A stretch of DNA of 64,000 nucleotides from an uncultured bacterium (GCA_903837175.1 CAILTR010000050.1:17513-81512), one strand, 5' to 3'; counted from the stretch's first letter, positions 18,652 to 28,407 are shown. Numbers and translations: made by a program. The notes: generated by a model not told the origin, from the letters alone.

Positions 18652-18957
18652 CTACATTTCTTTCCCACATTTCTTACATACTCGGACCTTTTTCTCTTGC
18701 ACAAACGCATATGAGGTTCGGGTCGATTTACCGCAGGATGGGCAAACCAACATCGCATTTGAAGCATCGAACGGAGCAGCCATTTCAACCCGCTGGCCCT
18801 TTTCACCTTCTCGGCGAGCTTTCTTATGCTTCTTTACAATATTCATTTTTTCAACCACGATCCTTCCCTCACTTGGAATTGTTCGGAGGACTTTCCCCTG
18901 TTTACCCTTATCCTTACCGGCAATTTTTTTTACGAGGTCTCCTTTTTTAATTCTCAT
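18652..18957 (-). CDS. rplX: Ribosomal protein L24 with a C-terminal Cys4 zinc ribbon.
   Basis: KOW motif GKDKGKQGKV, then CPSCG...CKKCG at the C-terminus. Confidence 0.92.
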   Translation of the reverse strand: MRIKKGDLVKKIAGKDKGKQGKVLRTIPSEGRIVVEKMNIVKKHKKARREGEKGQRVEMAAPFDASNAMLVCPSCGKSTRTSYAFVQEKKVRVCKKCGKEM

Positions 18958-19066
18958 AATGTTATAAATCTCTAATTAACGCTAATCTTATCTCTAATTA
19001 TCTCTAATATTTTTTACTATTCGCGAAAATTCGAGAAAAATTCGTGTCGATTCGCGATTGATATCC
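18958..19066. repeat. Family A element, copy 7.
   Basis: Same consensus. Confidence 0.85.
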
Positions 19067-19432
19067 TTACAGTACTTCTGGAGCCAATGAAACAATCTTG
19101 GCAAATCCTTTTTCTCGCAATTCTCTAGCGATTGGTCCAAAAATACGAGTTCCCTTCGGTTCTTTTTCATTAACAATCACAGCGGCATTTTCATCAAAGC
19201 GAATATAGGAACCATCTTTTCTGCGATAAGCTTTTCGTTGGCGAACAATCACAGCCCGAACCTTATCTCCCTTTTTTACTAAACCTCTTGGTTCAGCTGA
19301 TTTCACAGAGCAAACAATGATATCTCCAACCGAAGCATAACGTCTGCGAGTTCCACCAAGAACCTTGAAGCATTCAATTATTTTTGCTCCAGAATTATCC
19401 GCTGCTCTTAATCTTGTTTCTGCCTGAATCAT
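19067..19432 (-). CDS. rplN: Ribosomal protein L14.
   Basis: [18 protein letters not shown]-terminus. Confidence 0.95.
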   Translation of the reverse strand: MIQAETRLRAADNSGAKIIECFKVLGGTRRRYASVGDIIVCSVKSAEPRGLVKKGDKVRAVIVRQRKAYRRKDGSYIRFDENAAVIVNEKEPKGTRIFGPIARELREKGFAKIVSLAPEVL

Positions 19433-19543
19433 ATGTTTAAATAAATCTCTAATTAACGCTAATCTTATCTCTAATTATCTCTAATATTTTTTACTATTCG
19501 CGATCATTCGAGAAAAATTCGTGTCGATTCGCGATTGATATCC
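19433..19543. repeat. Family A element, copy 8.
   Basis: Same consensus. Confidence 0.85.
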
Positions 19544-19783
19544 TTATATTACGATGTGATTTTTATCCTTACTCATTGGCCGACATTCAGTAAACTCTAC
19601 CACCTCTCCAACCTTGTGCTTATTTTCGGCGTCATGAACCTTATAGTTTTTGGTCGATCGATACTTCTTTAAATATTTCGGATGCGTCTTCAAGGATTGA
19701 ACAGCCACCACAATAGTCTTATCCATTGAGTCACTCACAACTTTACCTTTTTTTGTTGCTAATTTTTTAGTAGTGTTTGTCAT
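19544..19783 (-). CDS. rpsQ: Ribosomal protein S17.
   Basis: Conserved S17 OB-fold sequence. Confidence 0.93.
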   Translation of the reverse strand: MTNTTKKLATKKGKVVSDSMDKTIVVAVQSLKTHPKYLKKYRSTKNYKVHDAENKHKVGEVVEFTECRPMSKDKNHIVI

Positions 19784-19811
19784 ATCCTAGTTTTTATCCT
19801 AATTATATATT

Positions 19812-20000
19812 TTATTGCTCTTTCTCTTTTAGAATAGTCATCGCCCGCGCTACATCCTTTTTAAGCTCGCGGTACTCTCGATGATTCTTAAGCTGACGAG
19901 CTGCAATATCAAATCTAAGCTTAACTGCTTGAGATTGCTTCTCAGCGATTAATTTCTTAATCTGCTCAATATTTAAATCTCTAATTTCCAAAATTTTCAT
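19812..20000 (-). CDS. rpmC: Ribosomal protein L29.
   Basis: 62-aa helical protein in the conserved position between S17 and L16. Confidence 0.9.
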   Translation of the reverse strand: MKILEIRDLNIEQIKKLIAEKQSQAVKLRFDIAARQLKNHREYRELKKDVARAMTILKEKEQ

Positions 20001-20113
20001 AATGTTATAAATCGCTAATTAATCACTAATCTACTTCCCTAATTATCCCTAATGTTCTTTTCTTATTCGCGACCATTCGAGAAAAATTCGTGTCGATTCG
20101 CGATTACTATCCT
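20001..20113. repeat. Family A element, copy 9.
   Basis: Same consensus. Confidence 0.85.
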
Positions 20114-20527
20114 CTATTTTTCCTTAACTACAAATTTCGTCTTAACGCATAGTTTGTGAGAAGCCAATCTCATCGCCTCTTTAGCAACTGAGATATCTAT
20201 GCCATCCATCTCAAACAAAACTCTGCCTTCCTTGGTCTTGGCTACAAAATGATCAACACTACCCTTTCCTTTACCCATCGGAGTTTCATCACCCTTCTTA
20301 GTCATCGGTTTATCCGGGAAAATTCTAATCCAAATCTTTCCACCTCTCTTAATATACCTCGTCATCGCTCTTCGAGCAGCTTCGATCTGACGAGCTGAAA
20401 TTAATCCTGAGGTTGTTGCTTTAAGACCAAAGCTACCGAAACTTACAGTATTACCTTTGGTTGCAACTCCACGGATTGCTCCTCCGCGATGAATCTTCCT
20501 GTGTTTTACTTTTTTTGGCATCAACAT
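20114..20527 (-). CDS. rplP: Ribosomal protein L16.
   Basis: [11 protein letters not shown] start at 20527. The ORF extension to 20551 lies inside a degenerate Family A remnant. Confidence 0.93.
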   Translation of the reverse strand: MLMPKKVKHRKIHRGGAIRGVATKGNTVSFGSFGLKATTSGLISARQIEAARRAMTRYIKRGGKIWIRIFPDKPMTKKGDETPMGKGKGSVDHFVAKTKEGRVLFEMDGIDISVAKEAMRLASHKLCVKTKFVVKEK

Positions 20528-20595
20528 ATATTTTGGTAAATCCCTAATCAACGCTAATTATTCCCTAATTTTCTCGAATCTTTTTTCATTGGTGA

Positions 20596-21273
20596 CTATT
20601 TAAGACTAGCTTCAGCTTGATTCGCATTTTTTTCTTCAAAGACTTCTCCCTTGTAAATCCAAGTCTTAATTCCAATTGCGCCATAGGTAGTGAACGCCGT
20701 AGCTTTAGCGAAATCTATGTCAGCCCGTAGCGTATGCAATGGAACCGTTCCTCTTGAAAGCCATTCTCTTCTAGCCATTTCAGCTCCGCCCAAACGACCG
20801 CAAATCTCAATCTTGACTCCCTTAACAATTCTATTTTTTTCAACTGTATCAAGGGTTGATTTCAAAATACGTCTAAATGGCACTCGCTTTTCTAACTGTT
20901 CAGCCACGCTTTGCGCAACTAGCGAAGCATTTTCCTCAAACTGACGGACTTCCTGAGCTTCTATTTTAAGGTCAACCTTCCTACCGGCGAAAAAGTTTTT
21001 CTTAATCACTACTCCCATATCAACGATACCAGTGCCACCCCTTCCAATCAGAACTCCCGGGCGCGATGTTTTCACGATCAATTTTAGAGTATTTGCGCTA
21101 CGCTCAATTTCAACCTCTGCAATTGCCGCTGCTTTATACTTTTTCATGATAAACTCCCTAATTTGGATATCCTCCTTGAGTTTTTTAGTATAATCCTTAT
21201 CTGAAAACCACCTTGATTTCCAAGTGTTGGTAATACCTATTCTAAGTCCAGTTGGGTTAACTTTATGTCCCAT
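20596..21273 (-). CDS. rpsC: Ribosomal protein S3.
   Basis: MGHKVNPTGLRIG N-terminus and a KH domain. Confidence 0.95.
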   Translation of the reverse strand: MGHKVNPTGLRIGITNTWKSRWFSDKDYTKKLKEDIQIREFIMKKYKAAAIAEVEIERSANTLKLIVKTSRPGVLIGRGGTGIVDMGVVIKKNFFAGRKVDLKIEAQEVRQFEENASLVAQSVAEQLEKRVPFRRILKSTLDTVEKNRIVKGVKIEICGRLGGAEMARREWLSRGTVPLHTLRADIDFAKATAFTTYGAIGIKTWIYKGEVFEEKNANQAEASLK

Positions 21274-21312
21274 AAATTCTAATTTAATATCCTAATTATA
21301 TGCTAATTAAAT

Positions 21313-21873
21313 TTAAACGCCTGATTTCCGCTGAAAAACTTTATTCAAAAAATTACCATCTTGTTGTTGTCCTTTTTTAGGAACTTCCTTTTTTACAGCA
21401 GTCTTTTTCGTCGCAGTCTTTTTTTCGCCCACAACTTCAGCGTCTTGCACCTCTTCTTCTTTAACGCTTTTCTTGATAGCCTTTTCTTTCACGGCTCGTT
21501 CCTTCTCTAACTGCTCTTTCGATTTACGATTTTTACCTTCGACTCGCTCTTCCAATTCCAAATCAATCTGGGAAGTTCTCTTGAGAATCAAAGTTGCTCT
21601 TCCTTGAGCCCTTGGCAACCATCTTTTTAAACTTGGTCCCCCGCCAACTTGAATATTATTTACAAACAAATTGTCCTTATCTAAACCAAAGTTATTTTCC
21701 GCATTTGCAATCGCGCTTCGCAGAAGCTTTTCCAAAGGATTACTTGTTTTCTTAACAAGGTTTTGCAATTGGATCAATGCCACAGAGCAGTTCATCCCAA
21801 CAATGCTGCGGGTAACTAATCTAACCTTTCGGGGAGACATTCTTAAATTTTTGAGTGTTGCTGTAACTTTCAT
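21313..21873 (-). CDS. rplV: Ribosomal protein L22 with a ~70-aa Lys/Glu-rich C-terminal extension.
   Basis: L22 core at the N-terminus, then a low-complexity KEKAIKKSVKEEE... tail. Confidence 0.92.
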   Translation of the reverse strand: MKVTATLKNLRMSPRKVRLVTRSIVGMNCSVALIQLQNLVKKTSNPLEKLLRSAIANAENNFGLDKDNLFVNNIQVGGGPSLKRWLPRAQGRATLILKRTSQIDLELEERVEGKNRKSKEQLEKERAVKEKAIKKSVKEEEVQDAEVVGEKKTATKKTAVKKEVPKKGQQQDGNFLNKVFQRKSGV

Positions 21874-22021
21874 GTATTTCTCTACGAATTACTAATTTGT
21901 ACGAATGTACGAATCATGATTCATTTGTATATGACATTAAATTCTAACTTTTATTAAATTTATAATCTCTTTTGCATTTCTTTCGTATATTCGTATCTGT
22001 TCGTAATTCGTAGAGATTTAC
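21874..22021. repeat. Family B-type element with terminal inverted repeats ctctacgaattac / gtaattcgtagag.
   Basis: TIRs lie at 21880-21892 and 22003-22015. Internal tacgaat repeats. Confidence 0.7.
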
Positions 22022-22369
22022 CTATTTTTTCTTCGCTCCTCCTGCTGGTTCAGCCTTGGCTGCTTTAGCGGCATCTTGCGCTTTTTGCTTAGCTGCTGAT
22101 TCTAATTCTTTCTGCATCTTCCCTCCATGTCGGGTGAACTTACGAGTTGGAGAAAATTCTCCAAGTCTATGCCCAACTGTTTCTTCAGTAATATAAACTG
22201 GGATAAATTCTTTTCCATTATGCACTCCGAAAGTAAAACCAATCATTTCTGGGGTAATCGTGCAAGCTCGAGACCAGGTCTTAATAGTTCCTTGCGCTGG
22301 GGTTGCATTTAAAACCTTCTTTACAACGCGCTCATCAATATATGGTCCTTTTTTTAAACTTCTTGACAT
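22022..22369 (-). CDS. rpsS: Ribosomal protein S19 with a Lys/Ala-rich C-terminal tail.
   Basis: [13 protein letters not shown]-terminus; tail ...[24 protein letters not shown]. Confidence 0.93.
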   Translation of the reverse strand: MSRSLKKGPYIDERVVKKVLNATPAQGTIKTWSRACTITPEMIGFTFGVHNGKEFIPVYITEETVGHRLGEFSPTRKFTRHGGKMQKELESAAKQKAQDAAKAAKAEPAGGAKKK

Positions 22370-22482
22370 AATGTTATAAATCTCTAATCAATGCTAATTA
22401 TTTCACTAATTATCTCTAATATTTCTCAATGCTTATTCGCGAAAATTCGAGAAAAATTCGTATCGATTCGCGACTATTATCC
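22370..22482. repeat. Family A element, copy 11.
   Basis: Same consensus. Confidence 0.85.
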
Positions 22483-23313
22483 TTATTTCTTAACTCTTCG
22501 TTTAACGATAAACTTATCGCTGTATCTCTTTTTCTTTCTGGTCTTTTTTCCAAGCGCTGGCTTACCCCAAGGTGTTTTCGGATGTTTCAACCCAATTCCT
22601 TGTCTGCCTTCTCCTCCTCCATGTGGATGATCAACTGGATTCATAGCTGAACCTCGAACTTCCGGTCTTTTTCCTTTCCATCGATTTCTTCCAGCCTTAC
22701 CAATTTTTTCAGCGCTATGTTCGAAATTACTTACTTTCCCAATCGTTGCCCAGCAATCCTTACTAACCAATCTGATTTCATTAGAGGCCATTTTAAGCTG
22801 AGCCATTTTTCCATCGATAGCCATCAAAATTGCTCCTGAGCCAGCACTGCGAGCCATCTGTCCGCCCTTCCCAACCACTAACTCCACATTTGAAATAACT
22901 GTACCGGAAGGAATATTACGAAGAACAGTTCTATTTCCCTTTTTAATCGGTGCATTTTCTCCAGAAACAATTTCAACATCTTGTTTCATCCCTTCGGAGG
23001 CAAGCACATATCGCTTATCACCATCTTTATAAGATACCAAAGCAATCAAAGCACTTCTGTTTGGATCTCTTTCGATTGCAATAATTTTTCCAGGAATATC
23101 AAATTTCTGTTGTTTAAAATCAACTAAGCGATAGCGTCGTTTGTGTCCACCACCTTGATGCCTAGTAGAGATTTTTCCGTGACTGCGTCCGGCCTTTTGG
23201 GTCATTGGAGCAAGTAAAGATTTCTCCGGTTTTTTGTCGGTAAGATCGTCAGGCTTAACAATAGACATATTGCGCCTTCCCGCTGTATTTTTTTTGTATA
23301 CTTTAATTGCCAT
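22483..23313 (-). CDS. rplB: Ribosomal protein L2.
   Basis: Conserved L2 sequence, including the GGGHKRRYR region. Confidence 0.96.
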   Translation of the reverse strand: MAIKVYKKNTAGRRNMSIVKPDDLTDKKPEKSLLAPMTQKAGRSHGKISTRHQGGGHKRRYRLVDFKQQKFDIPGKIIAIERDPNRSALIALVSYKDGDKRYVLASEGMKQDVEIVSGENAPIKKGNRTVLRNIPSGTVISNVELVVGKGGQMARSAGSGAILMAIDGKMAQLKMASNEIRLVSKDCWATIGKVSNFEHSAEKIGKAGRNRWKGKRPEVRGSAMNPVDHPHGGGEGRQGIGLKHPKTPWGKPALGKKTRKKKRYSDKFIVKRRVKK

Positions 23314-23423
23314 AATAGTATAAATCTCTAATCAACACTAATTATTTCACTAATTATCACTAATATTCTTCTTATTCGCGATTATTCGAGTTTAAATTCG
23401 AGTCGATTCGCGATTTCTATCCG
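23314..23423. repeat. Family A element, copy 12.
   Basis: Same consensus. Confidence 0.85.
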
Positions 23424-23807
23424 CTAGGCTCCCTGGAATAGTTCAATTTTATCTCCCTCTTTCAGAGTAACGATTGCTTTTTTAATCGCTGACTTCGTAC
23501 CTTCAAATCTACCATATACTCTCTTTTTCGGGATAAAATTCATTACTGCAACCTTCTCAACTTTAACTTTATAAAAACCCTCGATTGCCTTTTTAACCTC
23601 AGCTTTCGTAGCCTGCCTGGTAATCCTAAAAACATATTTATTATCGGCAAGTCCCGCGTGTGATTTTTCCGTAATCCAAGGCTCCACTAAAATTTTATAA
23701 GCAATTTCAGCATTTTCAACAGCGATAGGCAAAACCTTTTTCGCTACTTTCTTAACTGCCACTTCTTTCTTTGAAGTCTTTTCTTTTTTTTCTTCAATTA
23801 CTGCCAT
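23424..23807 (-). CDS. rplW: Ribosomal protein L23 with a Lys-rich N-terminal extension.
   Basis: L23 core (YVFRI...KVKVEKV) preceded by roughly 30 extra residues. Confidence 0.9.
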   Translation of the reverse strand: MAVIEEKKEKTSKKEVAVKKVAKKVLPIAVENAEIAYKILVEPWITEKSHAGLADNKYVFRITRQATKAEVKKAIEGFYKVKVEKVAVMNFIPKKRVYGRFEGTKSAIKKAIVTLKEGDKIELFQGA

Positions 23808-23895
23808 ATATTTTTACCGATACGAAACTACGAATTATATACGAATCTACGAAACTTTTCGAATGGGCGCTTTCGTGGTGCGCTTTTCGCATGCT
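23808..23895. repeat. Family B element, copy 1: ccgatacgaaactacgaattatatacgaatctacgaaa...gggcgctttcgtggtgcgc.
   Basis: Nearly identical to the copy at 24526-24614. Confidence 0.85.
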
Positions 23896-24525
23896 TTATT
23901 TTGCAAATTTTTCTTCCAAAAATGTAATCGAGGCCTTACTCAAAAGCACATATTTATTATTGAGTAAATCATATACATTCAAATCTTTCGTCTCAATGTT
24001 AGCTATTTTTGGAATATTTCGGCTAGCTAAAGTCAAACTCTTCTCTCCTTCTGAAAATGAAACCAAAATTTTTCCGGTTAATTTCAAATTTTTTATAATT
24101 TGAGCAAAAGCTTTAGTTTTTTTGTCTTTAAGTTCAAGTGCGTCAACGGCCACAAGGGTCCCGCTGCGAAGCTTTTCACTTAGGGCAATACGTACCGCCT
24201 TTTGCTTCATCTTCTTATTCACATCTCTTTTAAAATTACGATCACTTGTTGGTCCGAAAGCTACTCCACCACCTTTCATGACAGGATTTCGCTTCTGGCC
24301 TTGTCTAGCACTACCGGTGCCCTTTTGCTTAAAGGGTTTCTTTCCGCTTCCAGCAACTTCACTCTTATCTTTTGTATTAGCAATTGAAAATCGCTGATTA
24401 CCAGCAATCACCATAAAAACTTGATGCAAAAGTTCATCATTTGATTTCACGGCGAAAACTGCATCTGAGATATTTAAATCTTCAAGCTTTTTTCCTTCTA
24501 AGTTGTGCAGGGCAATTGTAGCCAT
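23896..24525 (-). CDS. rplD: Ribosomal protein L4.
   Basis: Conserved L4 sequence. Confidence 0.94.
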   Translation of the reverse strand: MATIALHNLEGKKLEDLNISDAVFAVKSNDELLHQVFMVIAGNQRFSIANTKDKSEVAGSGKKPFKQKGTGSARQGQKRNPVMKGGGVAFGPTSDRNFKRDVNKKMKQKAVRIALSEKLRSGTLVAVDALELKDKKTKAFAQIIKNLKLTGKILVSFSEGEKSLTLASRNIPKIANIETKDLNVYDLLNNKYVLLSKASITFLEEKFAK

Positions 24526-24614
24526 AATATTTATACCGATACGAAACTACGAATTATATACGAATCTACGAAATTTTCGAATGGGCGCTTTCGTAGTGCG
24601 CTTTTCGGATGCTT
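24526..24614. repeat. Family B element, copy 2.
   Basis: Nearly identical to the copy at 23808-23895. Confidence 0.85.
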
Positions 24615-25175
24615 CTATCCTCGAATTTCCACAATCCTTCCAACCACTCCTGGCACTCCGCCGAGGATACCAATCAGATTCTTTTCGAGATTCAAATAAA
24701 CAACCTTCATATTTTTAACTGATTTTCTTTTTCCGCCCATCCGTCCGGCCATTTTCTTTCCCTTGATAACATGCTGAGGTTGTTGAGCACCAATTGAACC
24801 AGGTGCGCGAAGATCATGCTTGTGTCCATGGGAAGCTGGAGATCCGCCGAAGCCATGACGCTTCACAACTCCTTGAAATCCTTTCGCTTTAGCAATTCCA
24901 CTAACCTTCACAATATCTCCAATTGCAAAATTTTCAACTGAAACTTTATCCCCGACTGCCAGCGTTACAGCTTCTGAACCTCTAAATTCTTTTCGATGAG
25001 TCACTCTGCGAGTTTTTTCAGTCGCAAGTTGCACAGCGCTGTAACCATCCTTTTCAATCGTTCTTACCACCGAAACGGTATTTGGCTCACATTCAATCAA
25101 GGTCACATTCAGTGCGCCTTGTTGTTGATCATACAACGTTGTCATCCCCATTTTTTTCCCTAAAATATGTTTCAT
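24615..25175 (-). CDS. rplC: Ribosomal protein L3.
   Basis: Conserved L3 sequence. Confidence 0.94.
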   Translation of the reverse strand: MKHILGKKMGMTTLYDQQQGALNVTLIECEPNTVSVVRTIEKDGYSAVQLATEKTRRVTHRKEFRGSEAVTLAVGDKVSVENFAIGDIVKVSGIAKAKGFQGVVKRHGFGGSPASHGHKHDLRAPGSIGAQQPQHVIKGKKMAGRMGGKRKSVKNMKVVYLNLEKNLIGILGGVPGVVGRIVEIRG

Positions 25176-25206
25176 ATCAGTAATTTTCTAATCTTTATCT
25201 TTAAAT

Positions 25207-25230
25207 TCGCCTGCCTGCCGGTAGGCAGGT
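25207..25230. repeat. GC-rich palindromic REP-like element cgcctgcctgccggtaggcaggta. A second hairpin ctggcttctcagccag lies at 25243-25258.
   Basis: Read directly from the sequence. Confidence 0.7.
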
Positions 25231-25390
25231 AGTTATAAAAAAACTGGCTTCTCAGCCAGCTCAATCAAAGGAATAATCCTTCGACTTAGCTAATTGAGTA
25301 TCCAACTTTTCAGTGGGACTTTAACTAGTTTTTTTCTTTTTTTCTAACTTATCTATTGTAAACCAATTCTTAAATTTATGCAAGCCTTTT

Positions 25391-25486
25391 AAGCGATTCG
25401 CGATTATTTGCATGTGTCCCCTTCCATCATTCGCATGTGCCCCATTCGTTATTCGCATGGGCGCTTTCGTAGTGCGCTTTCGCATG
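25391..25486. repeat. Family B variant with cattcgcatg x3 and a shared right arm gggcgctttcgtagtgcgctttcgcatgct.
   Basis: Right arm matches the Family B copies at 23808 and 24526. Confidence 0.7.
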
Positions 25487-25819
25487 CTACATTTTAATCT
25501 CCACGTCTACCCCAGCTGGTAAATCAAGCCCCGTGAGACTTTCAATAGTCTTAGCAGTTGGGTCCCAGATATCAACAAGTCGCTTATGAATTCGCATTTC
25601 ATATTGCTCCCGAGCATCCTTATGCACAAAAGTTGATTTATTCACAGTTACTTTGTGAATCTCTGTTGGAAGGGGTACTGGGCCAGTTACTCTAGCGCCT
25701 GTTCTTTCAGCAGTTTCAACGATTTTTCGCGCTGACTGATCGATCACTTTGCTGTCATAAGCTTTGATCTTGATTCTGATTCTTGTAGATTGTCCTGTTT
25801 CTATTTTTTTCGAAGCCAT
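25487..25819 (-). CDS. rpsJ: Ribosomal protein S10.
   Basis: Conserved S10 sequence. Confidence 0.95.
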   Translation of the reverse strand: MASKKIETGQSTRIRIKIKAYDSKVIDQSARKIVETAERTGARVTGPVPLPTEIHKVTVNKSTFVHKDAREQYEMRIHKRLVDIWDPTAKTIESLTGLDLPAGVDVEIKM

Positions 25820-25911
25820 CTGGGTAGATTAAGATAAAAATTACTATTTAAACGTTGTTCGAGTGAACACAAGCAGACATAATTTCTTATGTCTGCATAG
25901 TAAACTTGAAC

Positions 25912-27105
25912 TTACTTAATGATTTTAGTTGCAACACCAGCTCCAACTGTGCGTCCTCCTTCGCGAATCGCGAATCGCATTCCTTCTTCCATCGCAACTG
26001 GGGCAATCAATTTAACTATCAAGCTAATTGTATCTCCAGGCATAACCATTTCAGTTCCTTCTGGCAAAATAACTTCGCCAGTTACATCAGTTGTTCGGAT
26101 GTAGAATTGTGGTTTATATCCCTTAAAGAATGGGGTATGTCGTCCGCCTTCTTCTTTAGTTAGAATATAAATTTCTCCTTCAAATTCAGTGTGTGGGGTA
26201 ATTGAACCAGTTTTAGCCAAAACTTGTCCGCGTTCAACATCTTCTTTCTTAATTCCGCGAAGCAAAAGTCCTGCGTTATCTCCAGCTTGTCCTTTATCTA
26301 GAGATTTATTAAACATTTCAATCCCAGTTACGACAGTTTTCACCGTTGGGCGAAGACCGACAATTTCAACTTCTTCATTGATATTGATTGTTCCTCGTTC
26401 GATTCTTCCAGTTACCACTGTTCCACGACCTTCAATTGAGAAGATATCTTCAATCGGCATCAAAAGTGGTTTGTCAGTATCTCGAACTGGGTCAGGAATT
26501 TTTGAATCCAAAGCAGCCATTAAATCATAGATTGGTTTAGCCGCTGGATCTTCAATAGATGTCGCTACTAGGGCCTTGGTCGCTGAACCGCGAACAACTG
26601 CAGCGTTATCACCGTCAAATTCATATTTTGTCAAAAGTTCACGAATTTCAGCTTCAACCAAGTCAATCAATTCAGCGTCATCAACCATATCAACTTTATT
26701 GATGAAAACTACGATTGCTGGCACTCCAACTTGTTTAGCAAGCAAAATGTGCTCGCGAGTTTGAGGCATTGGGCCATCAGTCGCGCTAACCACAATAATA
26801 GAACCGTCCATTTGAGCAGCTCCCGTAATCATGTTCTTGATATAATCAGCATGTCCCGGACAATCAACATGAGCGTAGTGACGAGCTTCAGTTTCATATT
26901 CACAATGTGAAGTCGCGATAGTAATTCCACGTTCTCTTTCTTCTGGAGCATTATCAATTTCGTTTACGCCTCTTTCTTTAGCAAAACCTTTTAGAGATTG
27001 GCAATGCAAAATAGCCGCGGTCAAAGTTGTCTTGCCGTGGTCGACGTGTCCAATTGTTCCTACGTTTACATGTGGTTTTGTGCGCTCAAATTTAGCTACT
27101 GCCAT
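25912..27105 (-). CDS. tuf: Translation elongation factor Tu.
   Basis: [14 protein letters not shown] and NKVD GTPase motifs. 397 aa. Confidence 0.97.
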   Translation of the reverse strand: MAVAKFERTKPHVNVGTIGHVDHGKTTLTAAILHCQSLKGFAKERGVNEIDNAPEERERGITIATSHCEYETEARHYAHVDCPGHADYIKNMITGAAQMDGSIIVVSATDGPMPQTREHILLAKQVGVPAIVVFINKVDMVDDAELIDLVEAEIRELLTKYEFDGDNAAVVRGSATKALVATSIEDPAAKPIYDLMAALDSKIPDPVRDTDKPLLMPIEDIFSIEGRGTVVTGRIERGTININEEVEIVGLRPTVKTVVTGIEMFNKSLDKGQAGDNAGLLLRGIKKEDVERGQVLAKTGSITPHTEFEGEIYILTKEEGGRHTPFFKGYKPQFYIRTTDVTGEVILPEGTEMVMPGDTISLIVKLIAPVAMEEGMRFAIREGGRTVGAGVATKIIK

Positions 27106-27251
27106 ATTGGTTGTTTTCGCCGTTGCGCAAAGCTATTTTTGCCCTGCGACTAACGGATACTTAAGATGAATTACTATTAAAGATTTTAACATAATCTTCC
27201 GAAAAAAGCAATTAAAAAAAATTCCTTTTTCGGGAAAATCGGTACTTGTTT

Positions 27252-27279
27252 ATTCTACACGATTAATAAATACTGTCAA
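27252..27279 (-). promoter_or_regulatory. Candidate sigma70-like promoter upstream of tuf and the S10 operon: TTGACA, 16 nt, TAGAAT.
   Basis: On the minus strand, cTTGACAgtatttattaatcgtgTAGAATaaac sits about 145 nt upstream of the tuf start. Confidence 0.4.
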
Positions 27280-27543
27280 GAGCCAGGAATTAGCTTTTTA
27301 GGCTTTAGCTCCTTAGCTTTTAGATTTGGCTTAAATAGGGCGTTTAAGCGTGATCGATATTTTACCTGCCTACTTATCTCCAACACTCCATATTTCCTAT
27401 CTCTTTGCCAATTCAAGAGCTCTTTGATACAAAAAATTCTCGACGAGCTTTTCGAGATAGCCGAAATTACTATCCTGATTAATATTAATTACTTTACCTT
27501 TATAAGCACCACTACTTTCAGAAAATTACCTAATGACAATCAA

Positions 27544-28311
27544 TTATTTTTTCGAAGCGTCTTCCTTAATCATCTTAAAGGCTTCTTGGACGGTACCCAT
27601 GAATTGGGCGGGGAAAATGATCGTTGAATTTTTCTCTACGCTAATTTCGGCCATCGTCTGCAAAGTTCGAAGTTGCAAAGCCACCGGATGGCTAGAAATA
27701 ATATCCGCTGCTTCGCCCAATTTAATTGCGGCCTGAAATTCTCCATCAGCAGCAATAATTTTAGCCCGCTTTTCTCTTTCTGCTTCAGCTTCTTTTGCCA
27801 TCGCCCGTTGCATGTTTTCAGGCAGGGCAATGTCTTTAATTTCAACGGCCGTCACTTGGGCGCCCCAAGGTTCCGTATGCTGATCAATTACATTTTTAAT
27901 TTGTGCGTTAATATCCACAGTCTGCGAAAGCAGTTGATCTAAACTAAATTGTCCGACGACATTCCGCACGGTTGTCTGGGAAATTTGATTGACCGCTTTA
28001 TAGATATCTTCAATAGCAACCACGGCTTTCATTGGATCAATGATATGATAATAAGCTACAGCTGCAATATCAATCGACACATTGTCTTTAGTGATAATTT
28101 TCTGAGACGGAATATCCATCGTCACGGTTCGTAAAACCGTTCTAGTCATCGTTTCAAAAATTGGAATTAAAATAATTAAACCAGGTCCACGCACGCCGGT
28201 GTATTTACCAAGAAAGAAAATAACCCCTCTTTCATATTCGTTTAAAACCTTCAGGGATTTTGCCAGCAAGAACACAATTATTAGAAAAAACGGCAGAAGC
28301 AAGACTTCCAT
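27544..28311 (-). CDS. SPFH/band-7 (stomatin/slipin-like) membrane protein.
   Basis: N-terminal TM helix followed by an SPFH domain. Confidence 0.85.
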   Translation of the reverse strand: MEVLLLPFFLIIVFLLAKSLKVLNEYERGVIFFLGKYTGVRGPGLIILIPIFETMTRTVLRTVTMDIPSQKIITKDNVSIDIAAVAYYHIIDPMKAVVAIEDIYKAVNQISQTTVRNVVGQFSLDQLLSQTVDINAQIKNVIDQHTEPWGAQVTAVEIKDIALPENMQRAMAKEAEAEREKRAKIIAADGEFQAAIKLGEAADIISSHPVALQLRTLQTMAEISVEKNSTIIFPAQFMGTVQEAFKMIKEDASKK

Positions 28312-28407
28312 ACTTTTTTAATTCAACTAAAACTTCGAACCTAGCCGATGCTTAATTGAATTTTTAATTAATTTATTAAGACTAAATATCAATCTAATTT
28401 ATCAAAC

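Noticed and set aside
18596-18967. Plus-strand ORFs antisense to rplX and other r-protein genes (for example 18596-18967, 17967-18353, 14824-15153).
   Set aside because: They sit antisense to highly conserved ribosomal genes, have no motifs, and are low-complexity. They are typical antisense-frame artefacts.
15276-23423. Could the regularly spaced ~100-bp repeats be a CRISPR array?
   Set aside because: The units are 90-115 bp and are separated by whole genes rather than 25-45 bp spacers. No cas genes or leader are present, and the copies are too divergent from one another.
25841-25905. 9-bp stem-loop cagacataa-tttc-ttatgtctg between tuf and rpsJ, considered as a terminator or attenuator.
   Set aside because: No U-run follows it on the transcribed strand. 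It is more likely an RNA processing or stability hairpin. It is noted but not called as a terminator.
27106-27543. Searched the 440-nt region upstream of tuf, and the gaps at 3610-4260, 40377-40555 and 58419-58590, for tRNA genes (common before tuf).
   Set aside because: No GTTCGAATC-like T-loop or cloverleaf could be recognised by eye on either strand. tRNAscan-SE or Infernal would be needed for certainty.
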